Virus genome (UHGV): UHGV-1419557
Source: a virus
DNA: 22,498 nt
Direction: 5' to 3' (one strand)
This document shows positions 1 to 8,347 of the stretch, one piece after another (position 1 is the first letter of the stretch; each line of letters begins with the position of its first letter). The position numbers and the translations under genes are program-made. The notes below the pieces were generated by a model. That model made no database searches. It saw only the letters and a list, made by a program, of their open reading frames with translations, and was not told where the DNA came from.

Positions 1-330
1 GCCCTGACTTTCCAGAACCATACGAACTGCCCGTTGACGGACTTCGGGGGAAAAACGAGTATTTTTAGTCATCCTGTTTACCTCTTTCTCAGGAAGTTTA
101 GTCTCCAGGATTCCCGGGGCGGTTCACGACTCCGTATCAAAGTCATCGCAGACGTTCCAGACTCCCGCCGCCGCGACCTCGACAACATCCTGAAAGGTTT
201 ACTCGACTCCCTTATCCACGCCGGATTTGCGGAAGACGACGAGCAATTCGATGACATTCGCGTAATTCGTGGTGTGAAAGTACCAGGCGGAAGGCTTGGA
301 ATAAAAATCACCGAACTGGAGAACGCATGA
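1..330 (+). CDS. rusA: RusA-family Holliday junction resolvase, 5-prime partial; N-terminal portion uncertain
   Basis: C-terminal 65 aa (LRIKVIADVPDSRRRDLDNILKGLLDSLIHAGFAEDDEQFDDIRVIRGVKVPGGRLGIKITELENA) matches the recalled RusA C-terminus. Frame is open to the window start. Stop overlaps the next start (ATGA at 327-330). Confidence 0.7.
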   Translation, partial: ALTFQNHTNCPLTDFGGKTSIFSHPVYLFLRKFSLQDSRGGSRLRIKVIADVPDSRRRDLDNILKGLLDSLIHAGFAEDDEQFDDIRVIRGVKVPGGRLGIKITELENA

Positions 331-515
331 ACGCCACAATTCAAACGATACCAGAGCTTCTTATCCAGACACGAGGCAATCAGACCGAAGTGGCGAGGAT
401 GCTTTCCTGCGCAAGAGGAACAGTGCTCAAGTACAACCGAGACAGCAAAGGCGAGCGTCACGTAATAGTTAACGGCGTCCTGATGGTCAAACAAGGCAAG
501 AGGGGAAGACGATGA
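327..515 (+). CDS. ninH: NinH-like protein
   Basis: 62 aa; IQTIPELLIQTRGNQTEVARMLSCARGTVLKYNRDSKGERHVIVNGVLMV closely parallels recalled lambda NinH. ATGA overlaps with both neighbours. Confidence 0.8.
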   Translation: MNATIQTIPELLIQTRGNQTEVARMLSCARGTVLKYNRDSKGERHVIVNGVLMVKQGKRGRR

Positions 516-1030
516 GCATAAGAGAACTAAACCTCACCAAAGAGCAGCACGAGTGGCTGAATGGCTGGCTTGAACTGTGGGGCGCATGGGTTTATTCAGG
601 TCGTCTGGAAAAGCGCATGAGCAGCGTAATAGCGAAGTTCATGGAGAGCGTAGAGCCGGGAAGAATTATGACAAGGCCAATGTGTAATGATGATGATGGA
701 ATGTTGATTTCTCAGGTCGTTGATTCCGTCATGTACATTGACAAGAAAGCCTTTGGCATCCTCCTCAGCTACTACGCTCATGGTTCATCTAAGCGAGCAA
801 TTGCATCCTACTATCACGCGACTGCAAAGCCACGCAAGATGTGTGGACGTGGTGGCGAGGGATGGAGAAAACCTTCACTGGCAACCTGTAGAAACGAAAT
901 TGACGACATCCTGAAAGCGTCATTATTTGTTTTATACCAGCCAATGCAAAATGCTTTCAAAATGCGTAAACGTGTTGAGAAAGTTAAGCATGTTGCTGTT
1001 AAAAACCTTGACATGCAATTATCCATTTAG
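512..1030 (+). CDS. Q: Late gene antiterminator, Q family (P22 gene 23 / phage 82 Q type, not lambda Q type)
   Basis: 172 aa, last gene of the nin region and immediately upstream of a promoter-terminator pair and the lysis cassette. Cys/His-containing central region; family assignment is from recollection. Confidence 0.7.
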   Translation: MSIRELNLTKEQHEWLNGWLELWGAWVYSGRLEKRMSSVIAKFMESVEPGRIMTRPMCNDDDGMLISQVVDSVMYIDKKAFGILLSYYAHGSSKRAIASYYHATAKPRKMCGRGGEGWRKPSLATCRNEIDDILKASLFVLYQPMQNAFKMRKRVEKVKHVAVKNLDMQLSI

Positions 1031-1037
1031 CCATAAT
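1008..1037 (+). promoter_or_regulatory. Candidate late promoter (PR-prime-like) with qut expected nearby
   Basis: TTGACA at 1008-1013, 18-bp spacer, CATAAT at 1032-1037, overlapping the 3-prime end of Q as in lambdoid late promoters. Confidence 0.35.
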
Positions 1038-1047
1038 TAGAAGGTAA

Positions 1048-1090
1048 GCTGCCGTTAGTGACTCTTAAGTTGCAACGGTGGCTTTTTTGT
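1048..1090 (+). terminator. Intrinsic terminator downstream of late promoter (tR-prime-like)
   Basis: 9-bp stem gctgccgtt (1048-1056) / aacggtggc (1074-1082) with two G-U pairs, followed directly by TTTTTT (1083-1088). Confidence 0.5.
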
Positions 1091-1473
1091 TTGCACAACA
1101 GGTAAGAGCATTGAACCCGCAGACCTCGCGGAATTGGTGAAAGGTGCCGCGCAGTACTCTTATCGTTGTGGTGAATACGCAGGCTGATGCGTTAATCAGG
1201 TGAACGAGACACCCGCCGGTCCGTGATATGGCACACCGTGCCGGTCATATCTGCCGCGGTTAGGTTTACGAGGATTTCGTAAAGCTGGTCTAGGGTGAAG
1301 CCGTGAAAGCGGAGGAAGTAAAACGAGGCGTCGGTACACGCCTATCGTCATTAAGTCGGAGTTCAGCACCGACCGCCACAACCCAACCTGAGCCGTAGCC
1401 ACTGGCTATCCTGAATTCATCAGTGATAGTTATGCTGCGGCCTTCTACACATGACCTTCGTGAAAGCGGGTGG

Positions 1474-1508
1474 CATGAGGTTGCGCTAACAACCTCATGC
1501 CGTTTTGC
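1474..1508 (+). terminator. Strong hairpin in late leader, terminator-like
   Basis: Perfect 12-bp stem ggcatgaggttg / caacctcatgcc with 6-nt loop, followed by gttttgcc (short T run). Confidence 0.35.
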
Positions 1509-1626
1509 CCGTGCATATCGGTCACGAACAAATCTGATTACTAAACACAGTAGCCTGGATTTGTTCTATCAGTAATCGACCTTATTCCTAATTAAATAGA
1601 GCAAATCCCCTTATTGGGGGTAAGAC

Positions 1627-1950
1627 ATGAAGATGCCAGAAAAACATGACCTGTTAGCCGCCATTCTCGCGGCAAAGGAACAAGGCATCGGGGCAATCCT
1701 TGCGTTTGCAATGGCGTACCTTCGCGGCAGATATAATGGCGGTGCGTTTACAAAAACAGTAATCGACGCAACGATGTGCGCCATTATCGCCTGGTTCATT
1801 CGTGACCTTCTCGACTTCGCCGGACTAAGTAGCAATCTCGCTTATATAACGAGCGTGTTCATCGGCTACATCGGTACTGACTCGATTGGTTCGCTTATCA
1901 AACGCTTCGCTGCTAAAAAAGCCGGAGTAGAAGATGGTGGAAATCAATAA
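1627..1950 (+). CDS. S: Class I holin, lambda S type (dual start: antiholin S107 at 1627, holin S105 at 1633)
   Basis: Translation [39 protein letters not shown]... is essentially the recalled lambda S sequence. Met-Lys-Met dual-start motif present. Confidence 0.95.
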   Translation: MKMPEKHDLLAAILAAKEQGIGAILAFAMAYLRGRYNGGAFTKTVIDATMCAIIAWFIRDLLDFAGLSSNLAYITSVFIGYIGTDSIGSLIKRFAAKKAGVEDGGNQ

Positions 1951-2410
1951 TCAACGTAAGGCGTTCCTCGATATGCTGGCGTGGTCAGAGGGAACTGATA
2001 ACGGACGGCAGAAAACCAGAAATCATGGTTATGACGTCATTGTAGGCGGAGAGCTATTTACTGATTACTCCGATCACCCTCGCAAGCTTGTCACGCTAAA
2101 CCCAAAACTCAAATCAACAGCCGCCGGACGCTACCAGCTTCTTTCCCGTTGGTGGGATGCCTACCGTAAGCAGCTTGGTCTGAAAGACTTCTCTCCGAAA
2201 AGTCAGGACGCTGTGGCATTGCAGCAGATTAAAGAGCGTGGCGCTTTACCGATGATTGACCGCGGTGATATTCGTCAGGCAATCGACCGTTGCAGCAATA
2301 TCTGGGCTTCACTGCCGGGCGCTGGTTATGGTCAGTTCGAGCATAAGGCTGACAACCTGATTGCAAAATTCAAAGAGGCTGGCGGAACGGTCAGAGAGAT
2401 TGAGGTATGA
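1934..2410 (+). CDS. R: Endolysin, lambda R type lytic transglycosylase
   Basis: 158 aa; [51 protein letters not shown]... matches recalled lambda R. Start overlaps the S stop. Confidence 0.95.
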   Translation: MVEINNQRKAFLDMLAWSEGTDNGRQKTRNHGYDVIVGGELFTDYSDHPRKLVTLNPKLKSTAAGRYQLLSRWWDAYRKQLGLKDFSPKSQDAVALQQIKERGALPMIDRGDIRQAIDRCSNIWASLPGAGYGQFEHKADNLIAKFKEAGGTVREIEV

Positions 2411-2844
2411 GCAGAGTCACCGCGATTATCTCCGCTCTGATTATTTGCATCATCGTCTGCCTGTCATGGGCTGTTAATCATTACCGTGATAATGCAATCG
2501 CCTACAAAGAGCAGCGCGATAAAGCCACATCCATCATCGCTGATATGCGGAAGCGTCAACGTGATGTAGCAGAACTCGACGCAAGATACACAAAGGAGCT
2601 TGCTGATGCTAACGCGACTATCGAAAGTCTCCGTGCTGATGTTTCTGCTGGGCGTAAGCGCCTGCAAGTCGCCGCCACCTGTGCAAAGTCAACGACCGGA
2701 GCCAGCAGCATGGGCGATGGAGAAAACCCAAGACTTACAGCAGATGCTGAACTCAATTATTACCGTCTCCGAAGTGGAATCGACAGGATAACCGCGCAGG
2801 TTAACTACCTGCAGGAGTACATCAGGACGCAATGCCTTCGATGA
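2407..2844 (+). CDS. Rz: Spanin inner-membrane subunit (i-spanin), lambda Rz type
   Basis: 145 aa with N-terminal TM helix ([18 protein letters not shown]) and coiled-coil body. N- and C-termini match recalled lambda Rz, middle diverges. ATGA overlap with R. Confidence 0.9.
   Translation: MSRVTAIISALIICIIVCLSWAVNHYRDNAIAYKEQRDKATSIIADMRKRQRDVAELDARYTKELADANATIESLRADVSAGRKRLQVAATCAKSTTGASSMGDGENPRLTADAELNYYRLRSGIDRITAQVNYLQEYIRTQCLR
2606..2791 (+). CDS. Rz1: Spanin outer-membrane lipoprotein subunit (o-spanin), embedded in Rz in the +1 frame
   Basis: ORF in +1 frame wholly inside Rz. SD aaaggag at 2592-2598, ATG at 2606, signal peptide with lipobox-like VSAC, Pro-rich mature region. Start could also be the TTG at 2600. 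Confidence 0.6.
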   Translation: MLTRLSKVSVLMFLLGVSACKSPPPVQSQRPEPAAWAMEKTQDLQQMLNSIITVSEVESTG

Positions 2845-3017
2845 TAGCGATAATTTTACTCATCATCCTTCACATCTGGCTCTGTAGACAGGGTGGTGAT
2901 CACTTCTGGAGTGAATCCAGATTAAACATCTCATTGCTGATGCTTGATATTGAGCATCTGGCGCGCGGTAAGGGGCTGCGTTGAGATAAGAGCCAGTCAT
3001 TACAAATACCAGGATTT

Positions 3018-3042
3018 AGCCTCGCATTCGCGGGGCTTTTTT
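3018..3042 (+). terminator. Intrinsic terminator after lysis cassette
   Basis: Stem agcctcgc / gcggggct (one G-U pair), loop attc, then TTTTT. Confidence 0.4.
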
Positions 3043-3189
3043 ATATCTGCAGTAAACCGCGCATCGCAGCGCGTAACAATCCCGAGTCTTTCAGAAAGCT
3101 GAGCCTGAGAACTGCCGTATATGGTGGCGACCATCTCGGGGCGGCTTTTCTGTGCGAACAGGCTCATCTTTCTAAAAGGTAAAGACGCA

Positions 3190-3732
3190 ATGAACTACCC
3201 AACCGTTGTTAACGATATAGATTTCAGAGACCTAATTTTTGTAGCAAACAACGATCCGGTTACAGATTCTTTTATGGTGGCAAAAGCATTTGGAAAGCTG
3301 CCGAAGAACGTGGTTCGTGACATTGAACGAACCATAGAAGCTTGCCCTCCTGAGTTTGATACAAAGCTCAACTTTGAGCTTTGCTATAAAAACAATGAGT
3401 TACAGAATGGTAAGCCGCAAAAATTCTACCGTCTCCGCAAGGATGGGTTGATGCTTTTGGTTATGTCCTACACCAAAAAAGAAGCAATGCGTATCAAAAT
3501 TGCTTACATCAACGCATTCAACTGGATGTACGCCATGCTTCAGGTTGGTCATCGTCAATTTGAAGAAGAGAGAAATGCCGTAATGCTGGAGTACATGAAA
3601 GAGAAGGATGTTGCCAGCATGTCAGGCCGCCTGCTTAATCGCTGGGGAAAAATTAAGAAGCCTCAGCTACTGGCGAGAATTGAACGCCTTGAACAGCACG
3701 GGCAAACCGTAATCCCCGGACTCACCAATTAA
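3190..3732 (+). CDS. rha: Rha-family phage regulatory protein
   Basis: Rha-like N-terminal motif (DSFMVAKAFGKLPKNVVRDIERTIE). Sits between lysis and packaging genes, where P22 carries rha. Start at ATG 3190 preferred; upstream ATG 3121 is possible. Confidence 0.7.
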   Translation: MNYPTVVNDIDFRDLIFVANNDPVTDSFMVAKAFGKLPKNVVRDIERTIEACPPEFDTKLNFELCYKNNELQNGKPQKFYRLRKDGLMLLVMSYTKKEAMRIKIAYINAFNWMYAMLQVGHRQFEEERNAVMLEYMKEKDVASMSGRLLNRWGKIKKPQLLARIERLEQHGQTVIPGLTN

Positions 3733-3959
3733 CGGCAGTACAGCGAAACAACCCAAGCCAGAAAGTGGGGAAATAACACTGGCAGCCACTGAAAGATGAA
3801 CCTCCTGCCTTATGGCAAAAAAGATTCTTTGTGGTGGCGGACTGATGGAAAGACATCGGTTATTGCAGAGACCATTCAATGAGTGGTCTCGACAATGGCT
3901 TATACCCTACACGGGATAACTTAACTGATATCCCTTTTAACGGATAAACGGAGCCAACA

Positions 3960-4202
3960 ATGGCAGAGATTATTCCCATGACTGAAGAACAGAAATTCCA
4001 GTTAGAGATTTACAAGCTGGTCATGAACCAGAACGCAGCCGCAGAGGAAGCATTTCAGTTCATTGGCACTGACGAACTGAAGCTTGAGCTATTCAAAATT
4101 CACTTCCAGTCAGGCGGCGCTAATTCAGATATCACGACCCGCACTATCGAAGCGGTGCGTAAATCGAAGGAAGCGTTAGACCTGTTCACCACCGGAGCAT
4201 AA
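3960..4202 (+). CDS. Hypothetical small protein (80 aa) upstream of terminase genes
   Basis: ORF with SD (aacggag) upstream of the ATG, immediately preceding the small terminase gene. No recognisable domain. Confidence 0.5.
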   Translation: MAEIIPMTEEQKFQLEIYKLVMNQNAAAEEAFQFIGTDELKLELFKIHFQSGGANSDITTRTIEAVRKSKEALDLFTTGA

Positions 4203-4204
4203 AC

Positions 4205-4645
4205 ATGGCGCGCCCAACAAAGTATCAAGAGGCGTATGCCGAACAGGCACGCAAACTGTGCTTGCTGGGCTACACCGATGCAGAGCTTGCTGATTTCTTC
4301 GAAGTCAGTGAGTCAACTATTAACAAGTGGAAGCTTGATTATCCTGAGTTTTCGGAGTCCATAAAAAAGGGTAAGGCCGTCGCTGATGCAGAAGTTAGTG
4401 ACCGTCTTTATCAACGCGCTATGGGCTTCGTGGCTCCAGACATCGATATTCGTGTTATTGAAAACAGAATTGTCGAAACTCCTCTTGAGAAGTATTACCC
4501 GCCTGATACAACAGCTGCCATCTTCTGGCTTAAGAACCGACAGAAGGATAAATGGCGCGACAAGGTTGATCACGAGCTAACAGGCAAAGACGGCGGCGCA
4601 ATCCAGATTGAAACATCACCGATGAGCACTCTATTCGGAAAATGA
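4205..4645 (+). CDS. Terminase small subunit (headful/pac type)
   Basis: 146 aa directly upstream of and overlapping (ATGA) the large terminase. N-terminal HTH-like region, basic C-terminal segment (QIETSPMSTLFGK). Confidence 0.8.
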   Translation: MARPTKYQEAYAEQARKLCLLGYTDAELADFFEVSESTINKWKLDYPEFSESIKKGKAVADAEVSDRLYQRAMGFVAPDIDIRVIENRIVETPLEKYYPPDTTAAIFWLKNRQKDKWRDKVDHELTGKDGGAIQIETSPMSTLFGK

Positions 4646-6057
4646 CCTCGATTAATCCTATCTTTGAACCGTTCATTGAGGCGCATCGCTACAAAGTCGC
4701 CAAAGGCGGTCGAGGTAGCGGTAAATCATGGGCAATTGCGAGACTGCTTGTTGAAGCGGCGCGTCGGCAGCCAGTGCGTATTCTCTGCGCTCGTGAACTG
4801 CAAAACAGTATCAGCGATTCGGTAATCCGGCTGCTTGAAGACACCATAGAGCGTGAAGGGTATACGGCTGAGTTTGAAATTCAGCGTTCCATGATTCGTC
4901 ATCTCGGGACGAATGCTGAGTTCATGTTCTACGGCATCAAAAACAACCCGACGAAGATTAAATCGCTCGAAGGCATTGATATCTGCTGGGTGGAGGAAGC
5001 GGAAGCGGTAACGAAGGAATCATGGGATATCCTGATACCAACCATCCGCAAGCCATTTTCCGAAATATGGGTGAGCTTCAACCCGAAAAACATCCTCGAC
5101 GATACCTATCAGCGATTCGTAGTAAACCCTCCCGATGATATTTGTCTGCTGACGGTGAACTACACCGACAACCCGCACTTTCCTGAAGTTCTCCGTCTGG
5201 AGATGGAAGAGTGTAAACGCAGAAACCCGACACTGTATCGTCACATCTGGCTTGGTGAGCCAGTAAGCGCAAGTGATATGGCAATCATCAAACGTGAATG
5301 GCTTGAAGCCGCAACCGATGCGCACAAGAAACTCGGATGGAAAGCGAAAGGCGCTGTTGTCTCTGCGCATGACCCATCAGATACAGGGCCAGATGCTAAA
5401 GGTTATGCATCGCGTCACGGTTCGGTAGTTAAGCGCATTGCCGAAGGTCTGCTGATGGACATCAACGAGGGTGCTGACTGGGCTACTTCGCTGGCGATTG
5501 AAGACGGCGCTGACCATTACCTGTGGGATGGCGATGGTGTCGGTGCAGGGCTACGCAGACAGACAACGGAAGCATTCTCCGGCAAGAAAATTACCGCCAC
5601 GATGTTCAAGGGCAGCGAATCGCCATTCGATGAAGATGCTCCGTATCAGGCCGGAGCATGGGCTGATGAAGTCGTACAGGGTGACAACGTTCGCACTATT
5701 GGCGATGTATTCCGCAATAAGCGAGCGCAATTCTATTACGCGCTGGCTGACAGGCTGTATCTGACATATCGGGCGGTTGTCCACGGTGAGTATGCAGACC
5801 CCGACGACATGCTGAGCTTCGACAAAGAAGCGATAGGCGAGAAGATGCTGGAGAAACTGTTTGCAGAACTGACGCAGATTCAGCGCAAATTCAATAATAA
5901 CGGGAAACTGGAGCTTATGACTAAGGTCGAAATGAAGCAGAAGCTCGGTATCCCATCTCCTAACCTGGCTGATGCGCTGATGATGTGTATGCATTGCCCG
6001 GAGTCGGCTGCGCAACCCGACTATTCCAGTTACTCAATTCCTTGTGGTGTAGGTTGA
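4642..6057 (+). CDS. Terminase large subunit (P22/Sf6-group headful terminase)
   Basis: 471 aa; Walker A-like KGGRGSGKS near the N-terminus, nuclease-type C-terminal half. Recalled as closest to the Sf6 gp2 type. Confidence 0.95.
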   Translation: MTSINPIFEPFIEAHRYKVAKGGRGSGKSWAIARLLVEAARRQPVRILCARELQNSISDSVIRLLEDTIEREGYTAEFEIQRSMIRHLGTNAEFMFYGIKNNPTKIKSLEGIDICWVEEAEAVTKESWDILIPTIRKPFSEIWVSFNPKNILDDTYQRFVVNPPDDICLLTVNYTDNPHFPEVLRLEMEECKRRNPTLYRHIWLGEPVSASDMAIIKREWLEAATDAHKKLGWKAKGAVVSAHDPSDTGPDAKGYASRHGSVVKRIAEGLLMDINEGADWATSLAIEDGADHYLWDGDGVGAGLRRQTTEAFSGKKITATMFKGSESPFDEDAPYQAGAWADEVVQGDNVRTIGDVFRNKRAQFYYALADRLYLTYRAVVHGEYADPDDMLSFDKEAIGEKMLEKLFAELTQIQRKFNNNGKLELMTKVEMKQKLGIPSPNLADALMMCMHCPESAAQPDYSSYSIPCGVG

Positions 6058-6058
6058 T

Positions 6059-8257
6059 ATGGCAGAAAAAAAGATGACTGACTGGCATCGCAAGGTGCTG
6101 TGCAACTTTGATAATGCCTGGTCAGCAACGCAGGATATGCGTGAGCAGATTATTGAGGCTCAACGTTTCGTCCGGGTATCCGGCGCACAGTGGGAAGGCA
6201 GCACAAACGCTGGTTACTCATTTGATGAAGGCAGGTTTGAGCATTACCCGCGCTTTGAACTGAATAAGATTGCCCGTGAATGTGATCGCATCATTGGCGA
6301 GTATCGACAGAATCGCATCAGCGTTAAATTCAGGCCGAAGGATGACAAGGCATCGGAAGCGTTAGCCAAAAAGATGAACGGCAAATTCCGCGCTGACTAT
6401 CAGGAAACATCAGGTGGCGAAGCGTGTGATAACGCATTTGATGATGCTGTAACGGGCGGATTCGGTTGTTTCCGCATGTGTGCCGATTACGAAGATGAAA
6501 TGGACCCAAGTAACGAGCAGCGACGCATCAGCCTTCTTCCTGTTTACGACCCAGCGACATGCGTCTTCTTCGATCAGGACAGCAAGCAATATGACCGTTC
6601 TGATGCTATGTGGGCTATGGAAATGTTCTCCATGACGCCTAAAGCGTTCGAGGCTGAATACCCTGATTCCATCGCGGCAGGCCTTTCTCGTGATGAGACT
6701 GGCACTCAATATGACTGGTCAACGCCAGATGCCATCTATGTTGGGCGCTACTACGAAGTTCGCATAGAGAAGGTGAAGCTCACGGCATGGCGCAACCCTG
6801 TTAGCGGAGAAACGGCAATCTATGATGAAGAGCAAATCAAAGATATTGTCGACGAGCTGACCGATGGTGCATTCGAACTGATTGGCGAGCGAACGGTGAA
6901 GAAACGCCGCGTTTATTGCGGCCTTCTGTCTGGCGCTGAATGGCTGGAAGAACCGAAGCGTATTCCGGGCGAACATATTCCTCTCATCCCGGTATATGGA
7001 CGTCGCTCATTTGTTGATAATCAGGAACGAATCGAAGGCCACGCAGCAAAAGCGATGGATGCACAGCGTCTTGAGAACCTGATGGTTTCCATGATTGCAG
7101 ATAACGCTACTCAGGCTGGCGGTGATGGCATTCCTGTAGTTGATGTTGACATGATTCCTGGTCCTCTCGCCACTCATTGGGCGGAGCGCAACAAAAAGCG
7201 CCCGGCGTTCCTGCCGATGGTCAGTCTGAAAAACAAAAACGGAGATATTACTGCGCAGGCTCAGGTCAGCAGTTATACGCCTCCGACACAAATGCCTCCA
7301 GCTCTTGCCGGGCTATTGCAGTACACCGGAACGGCTATTCAGCAAATTACAGGTGCGTCGCAGCTTGAGAACATGCCGAGCAACGTTGCTACCGATACCG
7401 TTGATAGCATCTTTAACCGGATGGATACGCAGTCCTATATCTACATGGACAACATGGCTAAATCCATGCGTCGCGCTGGCGTTGTGTGGCTTTCTATGGC
7501 TCGTGAAGTCTATGGCAGCGATACGCCGATGCGTATCGTTAATGAGGACGGCAGCGATGACGTGGCGCTGATGACTGGTGAAGTGGTTGACCGTCAGACA
7601 GGGCAGGTTATCGCGCTTAACGACCTTTCGCAGGGTAACTATGAAGTGACTGTCGATGTCGGTCAGTCGTTCGCTACTCGCCGTGACGCAACGGTTAAGT
7701 CGTTACTTTCCATGCTGGCACTTATCCCGCCCGGAACGCCGAAACACGACCTTGTATCGTCGATGATCCTCGACAATATGGACGGCGAAGGGATGGACGA
7801 CCTTAAAGAATACAACCGCAATCAGTTGCTTCTGTCTGGAGTTATCAAGCCGAGAACGCCAGAAGAACAGCAGATGGTTGAGCAGGCGAAACAACAACAG
7901 GCCAGTCAGCCAGATCCGGCTATGGTTGCTGCGCAAGGTCAGCTTCTTGCTGGTCAGGCTGAATTGCAGAAAGCGCAGAACGAGCAGGCAGCCATTCAGG
8001 TTAAAGCATTCCAGGCACAGACTGATGCTCAGGTTGCAGCGGCAAATGTTGTGAAAATCCTCGCATCTGCCGATAGCCAGCAGAAATCTGATATCCGCGA
8101 GGCTCTGAAACTGCTCGGACAGTTCCAGCAACAGCAAGGAGACAATGCCCGTGCTGATGCAGAGCTTGTCCTGAAAAGTCAGGCACAGGGCCATGCGCAG
8201 CGCATGGACATCAGCAGCATCCTGCAAAAATCAACTCAGCAACAACCACAGCAGTAA
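6059..8257 (+). CDS. Portal protein (P22 gp1 type)
   Basis: 732 aa; conserved core (GEHIPLIPVYG, RRRVY) and the long Q/A-rich C-terminal helical barrel typical of P22-like portals. Confidence 0.95.
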   Translation: MAEKKMTDWHRKVLCNFDNAWSATQDMREQIIEAQRFVRVSGAQWEGSTNAGYSFDEGRFEHYPRFELNKIARECDRIIGEYRQNRISVKFRPKDDKASEALAKKMNGKFRADYQETSGGEACDNAFDDAVTGGFGCFRMCADYEDEMDPSNEQRRISLLPVYDPATCVFFDQDSKQYDRSDAMWAMEMFSMTPKAFEAEYPDSIAAGLSRDETGTQYDWSTPDAIYVGRYYEVRIEKVKLTAWRNPVSGETAIYDEEQIKDIVDELTDGAFELIGERTVKKRRVYCGLLSGAEWLEEPKRIPGEHIPLIPVYGRRSFVDNQERIEGHAAKAMDAQRLENLMVSMIADNATQAGGDGIPVVDVDMIPGPLATHWAERNKKRPAFLPMVSLKNKNGDITAQAQVSSYTPPTQMPPALAGLLQYTGTAIQQITGASQLENMPSNVATDTVDSIFNRMDTQSYIYMDNMAKSMRRAGVVWLSMAREVYGSDTPMRIVNEDGSDDVALMTGEVVDRQTGQVIALNDLSQGNYEVTVDVGQSFATRRDATVKSLLSMLALIPPGTPKHDLVSSMILDNMDGEGMDDLKEYNRNQLLLSGVIKPRTPEEQQMVEQAKQQQASQPDPAMVAAQGQLLAGQAELQKAQNEQAAIQVKAFQAQTDAQVAAANVVKILASADSQQKSDIREALKLLGQFQQQQGDNARADAELVLKSQAQGHAQRMDISSILQKSTQQQPQQ

Positions 8258-8347
8258 TTAACCCATAACGTGCAATGGCTGTCTTTATGAGGCCTGGCAC
8301 CCTATTGCCTTCCGATGGGCTGAACATCGAGTAAACAGGGGTAACAA

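Noticed and set aside
78-494. 138-aa ORF on the - strand overlapping the rusA-like and ninH-like genes
   Set aside because: Antisense shadow of two + strand genes with recognisable homologues; no SD and no recognisable product.
1196-1402. 68-aa ORF on the - strand inside the late leader
   Set aside because: Lies in GC-rich structured DNA, has a Pro/Arg-rich low-complexity translation, no SD, and is antisense to late transcription.
1094-1626. Possible tRNA gene(s) in the Q-S interval, as found in some lambdoid phages
   Set aside because: Looked for T-loop (GGTTCRANYC) and acceptor/anticodon stem geometry on both strands. Only partial matches (for example around gagttcagcacc) that do not close into a cloverleaf. 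Needs tRNAscan-SE to exclude formally.
3121-3189. Upstream extension of the Rha ORF from ATG 3121
   Set aside because: Extension adds a hydrophobic/basic leader unlike Rha N-termini and has a weaker SD; ATG 3190 preferred, but not excluded.
5020-6015. - strand ORFs (116 aa, 68 aa, 154 aa) inside the large terminase gene
   Set aside because: Fully antisense to a confidently identified conserved gene; typical shadow ORFs.
6410-8227. Several - strand and off-frame ORFs (61-174 aa) inside the portal gene
   Set aside because: Overlap a confidently identified gene; Cys/Leu-rich nonsense-like translations.
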